Assembly: GCA_964106645.2 (NCBI GenBank)
Contig: OZ067038.1
Length of the DNA stretch: 64,000 nucleotides
Reading direction: 5' to 3' (one strand)
DNA from: Podarcis pityusensis
Taxonomy: Eukaryota
The notes under the pieces are model-generated. The model saw only the letters and a program-made list of their open reading frames with translations, did no database searches and was not told where the DNA came from. Both the position numbers and the translations under genes were made by a program. Below are positions 1 through 13,600 of this stretch, piece by piece; the stretch's first letter is position 1; the number at the start of each line of letters is the position of its first letter.

Positions 1-841
1 AGAACTTGGATTTTAAAGTTGTTATTTACCCTCCCCCTGCACTTTTAAGTAAAATAGTTAATACATTACTTCTTTAAAAACATTAGAATGAATGCTACTA
101 TCTCCCCTCTCATTCCTAGCTATTTTGATTTGTAACACTGAAACACTATCAAACACTATTATTAACACATGGCAACACTAACATTTGGGACGTTGGGGGG
201 CTTCTTTTTTTTGAAAAATGTCAAAACATCTGTAAGCACTTCTAGAGTAAAGAATGTGTCTCTCCTGCAGTTGAATAAATATATAAGAAGAGCTGAAGAA
301 TCATTAGGCGTAAAAACGTAATTTTTCAGTGTATAACCTCTAAGATATTCAGAGTTAGACTTTGCTGAAAAACTACTGTAGCTTCATTTTTAGGTTTTAA
401 CATAAGCCATCCCCTGCTACCACCAGTCAACTTGGTGTTTGTGTGACAGTCAGAATGGTGGAATGCTATTTATATCGCACTAATCAGAGTAGGGTAAAAC
501 CAGCTGGTCTCTAACAAAGAGCACGGGGGAAGTGATGTCTGGCATTAGTAGGCTAGGGAAATCTTATGCTTGGGCTTACAACACATCTCAATATTGTACC
601 GAGAGCAGAAGACTGCTAATCAGACAGCTCCTGTAACATTTGCTGACAACTAAACATTTTGCTCTAATCTCAAAAAAATTATTTTAAGAATAAATTCCAC
701 AAGCAACAAATGAAAACAAAGGATTATTAACCTCCATGCACCACAATTTTGTATATGTATCAGATTTGTCTTTTCACAGCTTTTCCCCATAAAGTACATT
801 TGAACACCAAAATAGCCTTTGCTGGTCAGTTCACACATTTA

Positions 842-1420
842 CCGTATTTTTTGCACCATAACACTCACTTTTTTCCTCCTAGAAAGTAAGGGGAAATGTC
901 TGTGTGTGTTATGGAGCGAATGCCTACAGATGGCAGGGGGATCTGCTGCAGTCGTGAGCAGAGGATCCATGGTTCCCCTTCCTTCCCTCCTCCGTGGCTT
1001 GCTTTGAAACAGAAAAGTGGGAGAAGGGCCGCTGAGTGGGGAGGAGAGAAGGACAGAGAGCCTGCTTGCTTTAAAGGAGCAAAGCGGGAAAGGAGAGGAG
1101 CCTTCTCCTCTTATACCCCTCTTCTGCATTATTAACAGCATCCTTCTCCACCCACCCCACGCGTGTTCCTTGTCCCTTGAGTGCTTTTCCTTCCCTCCCC
1201 ACTTAAAACGTGGTTACAAAGCATGGATCCACATGGATCCTCAGGATTTTTGCATTGGGCTACCCCAAACTCACCGTCAGATCACATGTCTGTGGCCACA
1301 GCATGAACCACAAAAATCATACATCCACTGTTTCGTTTAGAATTTTTTTTTCTTGTTTTCCTCCTCTAAAAACTATGTGTGTGTTATGGTTGGGTGTGTG
1401 TTATAGAGCGAAAAATACGG
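842..1420. mobile_element. Tc1/pogo-type MITE, family A (TIR CCGTATTTTT)
   Basis: TA-CCGTATTTTTTGC...GCGAAAAATACGG-TA; termini shared with 7271-8176 and 48908-49166. Confidence 0.85.
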
Positions 1421-2774
1421 TACCTAATCCTGCTCCCTGTTTTGCCTATGCTAACCTTCCACAGGATCTCAGGTAGTAAGCAGCCATTCTATAAAAGGAA
1501 CCACTAGATGTGGGAACAAAAACATATGAGGCTTAAGGCTCCCCTGAATCTTCTATAAGCAAGGGTCTAAATCACAAAATAGTGAAGTATATTGTGCAAT
1601 TTTGGTAGTGAGCATTCGTCACAAAAGGGGGCATAAAAAATTGACCATGCATTAACAGAGCTTGGGTAGAGTTTAAACAGAGTTTAGATTGTAAGCCATT
1701 TGAAAAACTGCATTCAGTGACAGAAAGCTCAACCATGCACATGAAAAAAGATGAAAATGAAATCAGGTGTTTTCTGAAAAGTGTGTTCTTGCACCTTGTC
1801 TCACTGTTTGAAAAAAAACAACCACCCCTCAACAACCACCCCCAGAGTAAAATGTTTTTAAACATTTCACTTGAAAAACGTGTGATCTGTCAATTAAAAT
1901 AGTGGGTGTTTGGTCTGTTTTAATTCCTGGGAGTTGTTTACTATGAGAGGAAAGAGAAAGCAGCATTTGCAGATGGAGATGATAAACCCCTATTCACAAA
2001 TACCTACAGAAATATAAACATTTACTTCTTAAAATGTAAAACGGATGTTTGACATAGAAGTACACGAACAATAGGAAAGTGCTCAAATCACAGTAGTCTA
2101 TGCCTACACATGCTGTAACAACCCCAAAATTTCACCTTCTAAACTAATAAGCTAAATCTTAAGGCACTAAAATAAACTCCAGAAACACTTTTGAAAACCA
2201 AAGGTGGCCCATCCAAGAGCATAGGTAATTCAATTGTTTTTCTCAAGCTGCAGAGAGCACTACTAGCCATGGGAAAGTACTGGAGAAACAAGTTTACCCC
2301 ATATACTTATGTCTTAAGATGCATGAGAATCTTACAATAGCAACATAACACACGCAGCTATTTCTAAAAACTAGCAGACATGTTTCCAGACATGTTTGAA
2401 GATCCTTTCCCAGATATAGATGCATGCATTACATTCCTACCCATGGCATACATGCAACTACCTCTTTAGTAAAGAAGACATCCATGTGTTGGCTCTGTGT
2501 GAGCCACACCAAGAAGCATGGCTAAGTAAGATAGAATATCTACCAATGATCAAGGCTAATGAAAAAATAGTGAGAGGTAAGAATGACCTCTATATCTCCC
2601 CACCTCAAAATGCTTGGATGGTGGCAATGAGCCATCTGGAGTCCCTGGCAGCAGATGCGCATGTGCACCAGCCCAGGGGAAAAGGAGTGACCATAGGAGA
2701 ACAAAGGCAGGCTGATCCCTGCATCATCAAAACAATTGCAGGGTGATGGGGAATTTTTCTGAGACACTCAACTG

Positions 2775-2990
2775 ACATCAGTGGCTACTAGACATGATGA
2801 CCAAGCTCTGCCTCCACAGTTGGAGGGCAGCAGTGCTTCAAAATACCGTAGCTGGAAACCATGGGAGAGAAGAATGCGCTTGTGCTCACATTCTGCTCCC
2901 TGATTTCCCACAGGCATCTGGTTGAAAACACGGTGCTGCACTACCTGGGCCACTGGCCTGATCCAGCAGGCTACTCTTACGTTCTTATGT
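2775..2990 (+). mobile_element. CR1-type 3' UTR fragment
   Basis: Ends in ...ggcctgatccagcaggct...cttacgttcttatgt, the (TTCTTATG)n-type tail of squamate CR1. Confidence 0.55.
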
Positions 2991-3620
2991 CTTTGACATC
3001 AGTTGCCTTAACTGCCACAGTGGCAAGGTAAGGCAAAACTGCCTTGTGCCTGGCTCAGCCTGAGTACTACAGATGAGCAGATATCAGATGTTACCAACAG
3101 TTGACCTTAGACTGCAGATTATACACTACATAGGCAGACCAGTTCTGTTCCAACTGCAAGCTCTGGCTTCAATGAAGGATGCATCTTCAGTTAAAGGGGC
3201 CTGGCCCACTCCTTTTACTCCAAAGGAGAGAGGTAGACTGTGGTTGTACTGTGGTTTCTATGTGATATCATTGGGCCAGAAGGGCACCAGCACCACAGGC
3301 TTGTCTTGTGAAATTTCATCCTCTGGCTTTGAGTCCTTGACCTCATCCCTGAAGAAGGGGAGTTCAAGGACAGGATCATAGCCAAACTAAGGTCAGAGGA
3401 AGCTTTTTTTCTGAAGTCAACCCCTGTATAGATTCCCTGTAGAGAGGAGGAAGGTGAAGCAAAGAAATAAAATGTTTTTGCCCCTCCTTCCTTCTTATTA
3501 TAGGACTCTCAGTTATCTAACTAAAATACGACAACTACAACTTAGAGTACCTTCTTTGAGCAGAATGTGTCTGTCATATACATTACTGTGGGAGTAACAT
3601 TGCTTCCCCTGGTGCCTCAC

Positions 3621-3730
3621 CTGTCTTGTCTGAGAATCCAGATACTGCAAGATGAGTCTTGTATTCACACTATGACTCCAAGTATTCCCTAGTGCTGCAG
3701 TCACATAGCCAGACTCTCCATTTCTAGAGC
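3621..3730 (-). CDS. RAD51B: RAD51B internal coding exon (equivalent to human exon 9), (G)SRNGESGYVTAALGNTWSHSVNTRLILQYLDSQTRQ
   Basis: AALGNTWSHSVNTRLILQYLDS matches RAD51B. Polypyrimidine acceptor ttctgtcttctttattctAG and donor GTGAGG. Its phase-1 start joins in frame to the 60482-60578 exon. Confidence 0.96.
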
Positions 3731-4371
3731 CTAGAATAAAGAAGACAGAAGCATTGATATTACCTTCTTGTAACTGAAGTAAAATGACATTCCATATTTT
3801 AAGTCCAATGCATTTTCCAAGATAACACTAGAGTGAAAAACCAAAAAGAAGAGAGAAGATGTATTCATGTTATATCAGACGTGCTTATTATTGACAGCTG
3901 CTTATACAAGAATTAAAAACAACAACTGGCAATCATTTACCATGTCTTGCAGGGAGTTAAGACAGCTGCATGTACTTTCCATGTCATATCAGACAAACCA
4001 GTGCATGGATCCCGTAAAAGAGGAATGACCTGGGCATCAAGGGAAAGAGAGGCTGGGAAAGGCCAGATCCAAACAAAGACATGCTGGAAAGAGGTGTACA
4101 AGACGCCATCCAACAGTTTTAGGGACTCCATTCTGGATTTGTGTACTGTTTACTCCTTAGTATATTACTAGCAAACGATAAGACCAAGTATTTAACATGC
4201 CCAAACAATATGATCAATGCATCTTCTAGTTAATCATATCCTGTTATAACTTCTATTTCATTTTTTTCTGATTTTCCAATTATTTTATTTTAAAACATGA
4301 CCAGAAAAGATGAAGCATGCTAGAATTTTCTGAGCTGCACCTCCAGAAAATGTTGACTGCTCTACTGTATA

Positions 4372-4612
4372 CAGTGGTACCTTGGGTTATGAACTTAATT
4401 TGTTCCAGAGGTCCGTTCTTAACCCGAAACTGTTCTTAACCTGAGGTGCACTTTCGCTAATGGAGCCTCCCGCTGCTGCCGCGCCACTGGCACGCAATTT
4501 CCATTCTCATCCTGGGGCAAAGTTCTCAACCCGAAGTACTACTTCTGGGTTAGCGGAGTTTGTAATCCGAAGTGTTTGTAACCTGATGTGTTTGTAAACC
4601 AAGTTACCACTG
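4372..4612. mobile_element. Tc1/mariner-Tigger-type MITE, family B (TIR CAGTGGTACC)
   Basis: TA-CAGTGGTACCTTGGGTTA...AAGTTACCACTG-TA. Confidence 0.85.
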
Positions 4613-6014
4613 TATATGACAAAGTCATGCATGGGTTACCTACCAGATGTATGTCAACTTAAAAACAACAACCCTCAATTTCATATTCATACACAAAGTC
4701 TGTTGAGGTACACATTTCAAATCCATTTCCATGCTTCTTATTAAGTGTTTTGTCTCGGCTCTCTTTCCCAGTCACTTTGATATGTTTTTTTCTGGTTATA
4801 TCCAAAAGCATAATAATATGACATAGTTTTCTCAAAACTTCTTTTTGCAGACTATTAGATTTTCAATTTTGTTAATTCTCACTCCTATTTAAAGGATCCC
4901 CCACATACACACACACTCATATTCATTATTTCACCTCAAACCCTGAACTTTCAAAAAGAAAAGGCTCATAACCGTGTAAAATTAAATGAGGTTTCTCCAT
5001 TATATAGGTACTGAAGACTTTCCACCACGTCACCAAATGAGCAGGGATAACTAACACAACATATATAAGACAGAGGCTGACTCATGAGAAAAATAAATCT
5101 TTCCAAAGTTCTTATTTCTGCACCTCTATCAACTCTCACATCGTGAAAATTGCAATCCAGATGTGGACATGGCTAGGAAACAGTTAAACTTAGCATGCAA
5201 GCGAAGGAAATATATCATTTGCCCTCTGCATTCCTGTACACACCCAGGACTCCCACTTATGTCAACAGGTAGGCTGAGTGAGCAGTGGAGGCAGGTTCAG
5301 GGGGCACAGTGGTTAGAAAGAGTGCAGGCACATAAATTACTCTTTCCTTATTTCTGGGGGGAAACACTTGTGGTACCAGGCTGCAGCAGCACCTGCCTTG
5401 ACAACTGCTGGCAGGACTATTTGTGTGACCCTCTGAGCTGCTCACATATATGCTTTAGCGCAAGACAACTATTTTGGGGTAGAGCAACCTCCCTTTTACA
5501 GGGCAACTGGGGGTGGGTGGGAAGGTTTCTATTTAAAACAGAAACACTATACCCCTTCTGCAATCTCTGCATGTTGTATAAAATAGAGGGAAGTAAATCA
5601 GGAAGCGGCAACGTGTACTGTGGAGGAAACTGAGGAGGTCCCCAGGAGAGTTCAATGGCAGTTAAGAGCCAGACATTTTGCCTCTTTTAGCACCAAACAC
5701 CAGGAGACAACAGATGTCTCAGGGGCAGGAAATCGGAAATGGCAGGGAGAGAGATAGGAGCTCAAATATGTTGCTTAAAAATTATTCTATTATTTCAACT
5801 GTGAAATGAATTTTTAAAAGACCATGAAAGAAGATTAACAGTGCATTTTATCACACATATCCCTTGCCTTATCCCATCTTCAACTTTACTGACATTTTCT
5901 AGAGACCCAAATAAGCCCCGCCCCCTCTGTTCCCCAATCCACAAAACAACCATTATACCAATATGTTGGCCCTAAATACAACATTTAGGGCTTTTTAGTT
6001 TTAAAAAAGGGCAA

Positions 6015-6305
6015 GTAGTGAGGGACATGGTAGAGGTATATAAAATTATGCACGATTTAGAAAAAAGGGGGTAGATATTAGTTTTTCTGTCTCTCATAAT
6101 ACTAGGACCAGGGTGACTGCTGTAAGATTCAGGACAAAAGGTTAGTACTTCTTCACACAGTTAAACTATCACTGCCATAAAATGAAGTAATGACAGTATG
6201 TGTGTGAATACCAGTTGCTGGAGATCATTAACCGAAGACAATTGAGTCCTGCTTTGGGGCTTTCTTCAGGCATTTGGTTAGCCATTGTGAGAACAAAATC
6301 CTGTA
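6015..6305 (+). mobile_element. CR1 LINE 3' fragment
   Basis: RDMVEVYKIMH...FLSLIILG/HNTRT-like ORF2 end followed by a 3' UTR similar to 2775-2990. Confidence 0.65.
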
Positions 6306-7270
6306 GTCTTTGCAGTGGGGCTCCTCATTTGACCCTCTTAAAACAACAACTGGTGGGCACCACCTTAGATGAAGCACTGCCCCTTCTCTGACACAGGAGG
6401 CAACACCACTTTTAAGATAGTGCTTGGAACAAGATACATTATTATTTTTCAAGGAGGCGTGCTTTTTTCCTTCAGAATTATTGGTTTCCCTCACGTGAAA
6501 GTTCATGGAAATTAAATCAATAAATGTACTGACAGATTTAAACTGAAGTTAAAAAACCAACCAACCAGAGGGACAATGCTAATCAAATCAATTGAATGGC
6601 TGCAGGAAGGAGTTTTTAAAGAGAGCTAAATAAAGCATGTCTCCATGCATGTGGTGCCCTTCACATGTTTTTTGCCTCACACTCTCCCTTCTCTCCATTC
6701 CGCAGTATTGTTTCAGATTAGGAGGTACGCTTGACAGTTTTGATGTCCAAAGGGATGATCTCATTCCCTGGACTAGCCGGCCAAGGTGCATTCCGTACCC
6801 AGGACATGGCGCATGCTTCATTGCTGATCCATGAGGAACTAATAAACAAAGGTTTGGGGGGTATGCAGAAATCTATTCAAACATGTATGCCAGCACTACA
6901 TATAAATTTAAAAAATGGCATATAACTAATCACTCTGCAATGCATTGGCTTGTGAAAAATAAAACACAGTGGGGGGTAGTGGATAATAATACAAAGATGC
7001 ACATACTGTTCAAATAAACTGAATTAGGAGAGAAATTCTTTCTCTACATCACCTGCTCACCAGACAATCCACAATGCGCTGTGGATGCATTGAAGGGCAG
7101 AATCTTGTTCATCTTATAGATAGGAAGGAACATAGGAAGCTGCCTTATGCTGAGCCATTGGTCCATCTAGCTCAGTACTTTCTTCATGGGTTGGCAATGA
7201 TTCTCCCGTTTCATACAGCCCTACTTAGAGATGCCAGGGATTGAGCTTGGTCCCTTCTGCATACAAAGTA

Positions 7271-8176
7271 CCGTATTTTTCGTTCTATAGGACGCACATT
7301 TCCCCCTCCAAAAACTAAGGGGAAATGTGTGTGCGTCCTATAGAGCGAATGCAGGTGAAGGCACCCCGCTGCCCTGCAGAGGTTTGCGCTCAGCCCTCCC
7401 CAAGCTAGAGCAGCGAGACGGAGCCCTCCGTCTCGCTGTTCTGGCTTGGGAACAGCCTTGCTAGCTTCTGCAGAACAGCGGGGTGAAGGCACCCCGCTGC
7501 CCTGCAGAGGTTTGCGCTCAGCCCTCCCCAAGCTAGAGCAGCGAGACGGAGCCCTCCGTCTCGCTGTTCTGGCTTGGGAACAGCCTTGCTAGCTTCTGCA
7601 GAACAGCGGGGTGAAGGCACCCCGCTGCCCTGCAGAGGTTTGCGCTCAGCCCTCCCCAAGCTAGAGCAGCGAGACGGAGCCCTCCGTCTCGCTGTTCTGG
7701 CTTGGGAACAGCCTTGCTAGCTTCTGCAGAACAGCGGGGTGAAGGCACCCCGCTGCCCTGCAGAGGTTTGCGCTCAGCCCTCCCCAAACTAGAGCAGCGA
7801 GACGGAGCCCTCCGTCTCGCTGTTCTGGCTTGGGAACAGCCTTGCTAGCTTCTGCAGAACAGCGGGGTGAAGGCACCCCGCTGCCCTGCAGAGGTTTGCG
7901 CGCAGCCCTCCCCAAGCTAGAGGGGACGGCTGCGCGCAAACCTCTGCAGGGCAGCGGGGCGCTGCGCTCTAAAGGCTTCAGGGATCTTTGAGGCTGGCGG
8001 TGGGGGAAAGCAGCGCTTCCCCCCACCGCCAGCCCCACAAGCTCTGGTGAATGTACCTTGAACGCACCTTGTTTTGGAGGGGGAGAACAAGAAAAAAAAT
8101 CTTTTTCCCTGTTCTCCCCCTCCTATGATCCGGTGCGTCCTATGGTCCGGTGCGTCCAATGGAGCGAAAAATACGG
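7271..8176. mobile_element. Tc1/pogo-type MITE, family A, with internal tandem array
   Basis: TA TSD, CCGTATTTTTCG / CGAAAAATACGG TIRs, inserted into a SINE. Confidence 0.88.
7354..7922. repeat. 128-bp tandem repeat, about 4.4 near-identical GC-rich copies
   Basis: Units start at 7354, 7482, 7610, 7738 and 7866; this explains the repeated 84-aa ORFs in the track. Confidence 0.95.
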
Positions 8177-8271
8177 TAGATGCTCTACCATTGAGTTATG
8201 GGCCCTCCCCAACATATGACTTTTCCCCATACCGAAACAGCTTGATAAGCCCTGGAAAAGCCTGACTCATT

Positions 8272-8785
8272 CTTTTTTTAAAAAAATAATTTTTATTGAA
8301 TGATTTTATGTTACAAAAAACAATGCAGCCATACTACCACTAAATGTAATTAAGAAATAAAAATTACATACATCGATATTTAGTTTGTTATTTGTTATTT
8401 ATCGTCTTATTCCCCCCCAAACATTGCATACAACACACATATGTACAGACACCCACACACCCACACCCAAAATGATAATAATGAAAGTAAATATTTTCCC
8501 CCTTTTATCTCCCAAAATATTTTCTTCAACTTAGACTTCCTGTCAAGTCCCTTTGCATATGTTTTATCTTACATTTGAATGTACACAAAACAATAAACCT
8601 TTCTATATAATTTTTCTAATACATTCTGAAAACATAATAAATCCTTAATTGTTATCCACCTCCTTTTAGTTCCTTTATCACTCTAATGCTAGCACGGACT
8701 CAAAACTATTATTGTATTTTTGAACATATCTTCTATAACCATCCCATTTTTCCGCAAATTTTTGCTTTGACTCATTCAAGGATCT
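8272..8785 (-). mobile_element. Probable L1 3' end (ORF2 tip, 3' UTR, A-tail)
   Basis: Minus strand reads ...KQKFAEKWDGYRRYVQK..., then a T-rich UTR, AATAAA and an A-rich tail. Confidence 0.5.
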
Positions 8786-9190
8786 TCATGATTTCGGATG
8801 ATTAGGAGGATAGTAGTATAAATGTGCTGATGACCAACAGCTATTCCTCTCCTTTCCACCTGAATCAGATGAGGTAGTAGATATGCTGATAGATATGAGG
8901 TAGTAGATAAGCAATGATGCACTTATGAGGGGCAAATAACTATGAGTGAATCCCAGTAAGATGAAGGTACAGGCTTTTTGGGTGCAGGGATTAGGAGGAC
9001 AGCCTATTTTGGATGGGGTAGCACTTCCCCAAATGAAGCAGGTATGTAGGCTGATAGAACTATCTGATCCACAATTGTAACTGGAGGTCCAGATGTCTTC
9101 AGTGGCAAGGAATGTCTGTTTCCAGCTCCACTCAGTTTGCCTGCTTTGGCAATTCCTGGACCAGGAAAGCCTGCTATAAGTAATGCACCC
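8786..9190 (+). mobile_element. L2 LINE fragment (RT C-terminal region)
   Basis: Degenerate NPSKMKV...PILDGVALP...DPQL*LEVQMSSVARNVCFQL...LDQESL, resembling squamate L2 ORF2. Confidence 0.7.
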
Positions 9191-10489
9191 AGGGATCCTC
9201 AATTATTATTTTTTAAAAAATACAACCACGGGGTGATGGCGAATGTAACTTGAGTAACTTAAGTCCATGAGCTTCAGTGGGTCTACACTGAGTATGAATT
9301 TGTTGGATACCCCCATATTTTTGGTTGCTCTTGAAAATGTTTTAACTTTTGCTCCCTTTCTCAATTTAGATCACAATCCTAAAGAAATATGTGAATATTT
9401 GCTAGAAAAATGACTTTTTCATAGATTCCCACCCCCACACCCCACACCCCGGTATAACCAGTGAGACTTAATGAGGCTTTTCTAAACAACAAAAGATCTA
9501 AGCCAAGCTCCACCCTGAAAATAATATGAGCTCTAGATTTAGTATTAAGAATAGTAATGTGAATTCTCTACCAGGTCAATCACATTATGTTTGTTTTTAA
9601 TTTCAGGATCCTTGGAAGTGGCATGCAGGTTTACTGTCATCACAACATGTTTTGCATTAGGGAATCTCAACTCCTGGCGTCAGTGGGTTCATGTGGATTC
9701 CATTTTGTTTTGAAACCCTTCAGTGAGAGGCCTCAAGCCAGTACTTAGGCTCTTGTCTACTAAAGAACCAAAAAGAAAAAGAAAAGAAATTATCCAGCTG
9801 TTCTGAATCCTAGCCAGATGATCTACTAGAAGCACCAACCCTGAGTAAAATGATCAGGTTTCACAGACTCTGTGGAGGTGGGAGGACAGCTGGTTGTTTT
9901 ATAGTGGCAGAGAGAGGCTAAGATTAGGAGTTGCAGAAAACCACAAGCTAAAAGAATTGATGAGATTCTCTCTTTTCATTTGAAAGGAAAAAACTTCTGT
10001 GGTTAACAATAACAAACATTTTAACTTCCAATATTCTAACTGTCTTCTCTTTCTCTTTTTATAGTTACTCTGTTGTGTTGATTTTGCAGCAATGATGGTG
10101 CAGTATAAGAATTTATAAGAGGATGTACACTCTGATCACCAATAACTCCTGATGTTCTTCTTCAAATTCAGTATTTCTCTCAGCTTTTCTGTTTGACAGA
10201 CTGAAAAATTTTCTCATGTGAACATAAGTGTCTCTATAAAACTCTGGTTTTCTCTTTCGTTCTATTCTTCCTTTGCCTTGATAGGATCCTGCAACCAATC
10301 CTGTTTACAAATATCTTCCCCTCTTCATCCTTATTTCTTGTATTATAAAACAGTTCCCACTGCAAAATCATATCTACTTATTCATCATTTAGAAAAAGAA
10401 AAGGAAGGATTTTCTTTCTTGTCTGTACATAAGATAGGACTTAGGACATGGAAGTCCCAAATAGCATTTCTGAAGATTAGCACAGAAGC

Positions 10490-10620
10490 AAAGAATTGCA
10501 GAGTTGGAAGGGACCCTGAGGATCATCTAGTCTATGCAATGCAGGAATATGCAGCTGTCCCATACTGGGATCAATCCTGCAACCTTGGTGTTATCAACAC
10601 CACACTCTAACCGACTGAGC
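10490..10620 (-). mobile_element. tRNA-derived SINE with CR1-like 3' tail
   Basis: Minus strand AGCTCAGTCGGTTAGAGTGTGGTG...GCAGGATTGATCCC head, then ...GATGATCCTCAGGGTCCCTTCCAACTCTGCAATTCT tail. Confidence 0.7.
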
Positions 10621-13600
10621 TCAGCAGAATTGCAGTGTGGACTGTTTCCGTTCAGGGTTTTAGCCTGCCAGCACTTTCTTCTTTCAGGATACTTCATCCT
10701 GTTCCTCTCTCCCCCCCACATCCAACAGTCAGCCAGTACTCATTGGCAACCCAAAATACTCAGTCCCAACTGAGCCATTTTGGGCTCCTCTCACCCTGCT
10801 TTGTACTTCTGCAAACCTTTCAATTCCTCCAGGCCTGCTCACAGCATTCTCTCAGGTGTGTGGATGGTGTCATTTTAGTTACATAAAGCGCAACACTCAG
10901 AGAACTGAGTTTTCTGAAAATTTATTACGAGTGTTACTATGAGCTATTACATAAAATTCTTCCCTTAGGAGAGAATACAATGGTATTAAGCATATTGGAT
11001 GTGGTGATTGTGAGGGAGTGGAATGCTTGAATTACATATGCTTATGTCCCTTAAAGCTTGAGGAAGAAACAAGAGAGATTTGAAACTGTCAGTGCAAATT
11101 CAAACGCCTCTGCGCACTATGCTCAAAACCTCAGGGTAAAGCATTTCATTTTCCCACGCCAGTCTCTCTCAGCTGTTATGTTATGTCATTCTTTGCTGCT
11201 GTTCACCCATCATCTGGATTTGCCATTTTTACAAATTCCACAAGCTAAAACCTAGAAAGTTGCCTAACACACATAAGCCTCACAGTAAAAATATTTAAAA
11301 GGAAAAAAAGCAGTAGTTTTAGGGATGGATCTTATAATCCCACCCCACCCCACATACTGATCCATATTATTGTTTATAAAGTGCTTAAACTTAGGTATAT
11401 TCAGCAAAGGTGAAGTTATGAACAGTGCAGGAAGATTTTTCCATCTGCATATATTGAGTTCTATTAGAAACGTTGTTGCACCAGCATCCGTAGGGAACAC
11501 ATTTCTTTATTTATAGGTAATGATTGCATTCATCTTCTGGGGAGATACATGTTGAATCAAACTATGAGAAGGATCTCATTGCAGACTGAAATGAGTTCAT
11601 CAAACATTGCTCATGTCAATTCCACATGGATTTCAACTTATGGTAAAAGGATATCATCTCAGTGTGATTAAAAAACTAAACCCTGACCTGCAGATTCATC
11701 CTTGAAAGTAATCTTGAACTGTGTCCTAAGTGGAATTAGGCTTCATGATTCCTCTCTGCTGAGATGAAAATTATTTGCAGGAAATACTAGTTAGAGGCCA
11801 CAATTCCAGTGGGGTCTACAACAACTAGTCCAGCCCATTTCTCAGAAAACCATGAAAACCATGAAATCTCATTAGTTAGTATCATGCACAGATATTCCAT
11901 ATCCCCCATGCAGCCAGGACCTGTTAGGTCTGGGTGTTTTCCAGTAAGGTAATTGGGCCTAAGTGTCTCACTGAGGAGCAAAATGAAATTGCCAGCTGGA
12001 GTCAACTCCAGAAAGGCAGTCAAGGCACATATAGGATAGGTGAGAATGAGGAACCGGTGAAAGGCTTGATGCAACAAAGAGTCTGTGAGCTCCAGACAAG
12101 AGGTACTTTCTGCATCAATCCTGATTAAAAGGAGAGGCTTACACAGAAGTTTGTATAGGGACAGAATGGGCAGTGGCCATTCATGGAAGGGCTAAGAGCT
12201 GGTGTAGCTGAAAGAGGACTATGGTCCTCAACAGAGATGAATGGCACGAGGAGCAAGAATCCAGGTTAGCTTCTGGCAGATAAAGCTGGTACTTTCAACT
12301 TCTGTTCACTTCTAAATTTGATAGGGGAACCCTGACAAGACATTCTTTAGATGTAAATTAATATCCCCATGTGTATATTTCTGTTGTAATTACCACAATA
12401 ATTCTACTGCAAGCATTCGACAATAGAATTGTTGGGACTTCTCTTGGTTTGTCTTCACTGCTATTGCTGCTTACTGAGAAGAATGAACCCACATATCTTT
12501 CCAACTGATTTAGATTTTTTTCATCTGGTTGACACATCTGCCAATAGCCACATTTTACAAGAATTTTCAAAAATATAGGCTTGAGGCACAAAAGAATTTG
12601 GACACCTGAATTTTGCATGCCTGCCAACAGTACTTTGGTTAATTACAGACACAACTTGAAAGCAATTATTTCATCTTGGATTTTAATCTAAATGCTAGTC
12701 CAAATTGTTCTTTGTGTAAGTCACAATGTTCAGAACTATTTCCTCCCTGTGCTTGAACCATGTGACCATTTGAAATCCAACCTTTTCAGCTGCAATATCA
12801 CTTTCCCCTACTCAAAAGTAAAGGCCTGGAGTTCCAACTGGAATCATAGCGTAGGAAAGAACGTAACCAAAAATGTAAGCCTAGATATGAGTGTTAACAT
12901 TGACTGGGGAGTTGGGAACAATCCTACTCACACCTGCAATCTGACTTGACTGTCTATCTAAATGGACATTATGTAAAAATAATAATAATTTAAATAAACA
13001 GATCTGAGACAATAGTAACATCATTGCCGGATCCAAATAATAAAATGCCACACACTAATACCACATTCACTCACACAATAGAAGCATTGTTTCTACCTTT
13101 ACAAACAGATACCAGAACTCTGCCATGAAAAGAAAACATGGTCATAATGTCCTCCAAATTGAACCGGTCTGATTTACAGACAATATGGGAAACAGCCTGT
13201 GCAACTGGGTTTTAAGGCAGTAAACATCTTGCTCTTAATGTTAAAGGAACTCAAAGAAGCAGGTTACAACTACTCTCAGGTAAACTTCCAATGCTCTTCT
13301 ATTAGTATGACTGCCAATTCCCAAAAAGACAGGCAGAAAATAAAATAAAATGAACCAAGTCATTCGGGGCTGATTCGTGTGTAACAAGTACAGTGCAGCG
13401 ACTGCTCTTTGGTGGCTTGTTTCAACATTACTTTGGCAACATAGGAATAAAATAATAATGTGAGATGGCAGAATTACATATGCCATCATCAGAGGCCAGA
13501 TTGTGAGAGCGAGGCATAGGAAAACAGCAACAAAGTCGCAAAAACCATATTGCTTCCATAACATTAAGAACCAGAGTTGAACCAAGGTTTCGTAGAAGAT

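Larger units (their letters stand above)
7121..8210 (-). mobile_element. tRNA-derived SINE (Squam3-like) split by a MITE inserted at 7271-8176
   Basis: Joining 7121-7270 with 8179-8210 restores head ...CATAACTCAATGGTAGAGCATCTACTTTGTATGCAGAAGG... and tail ...GGCAGCTTCCTATGTTCC. Confidence 0.75.

Noticed and set aside
3513-3704. 63-aa stand-alone ORF
   Set aside because: Only 3621-3704 is coding (part of the RAD51B exon); the rest runs past the GT donor into the intron.
7211-8038. Repeated 84-aa ORFs; array superficially CRISPR-like
   Set aside because: By-products of a 128-bp head-to-tail tandem repeat with no unique spacers, in a vertebrate intron with no cas genes.
10560-10620. tRNA-like sequences here and at 53690-53740 and 44540-44630
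   Set aside because: They are degenerate SINE heads attached to LINE-like tails, not intact tRNA genes.
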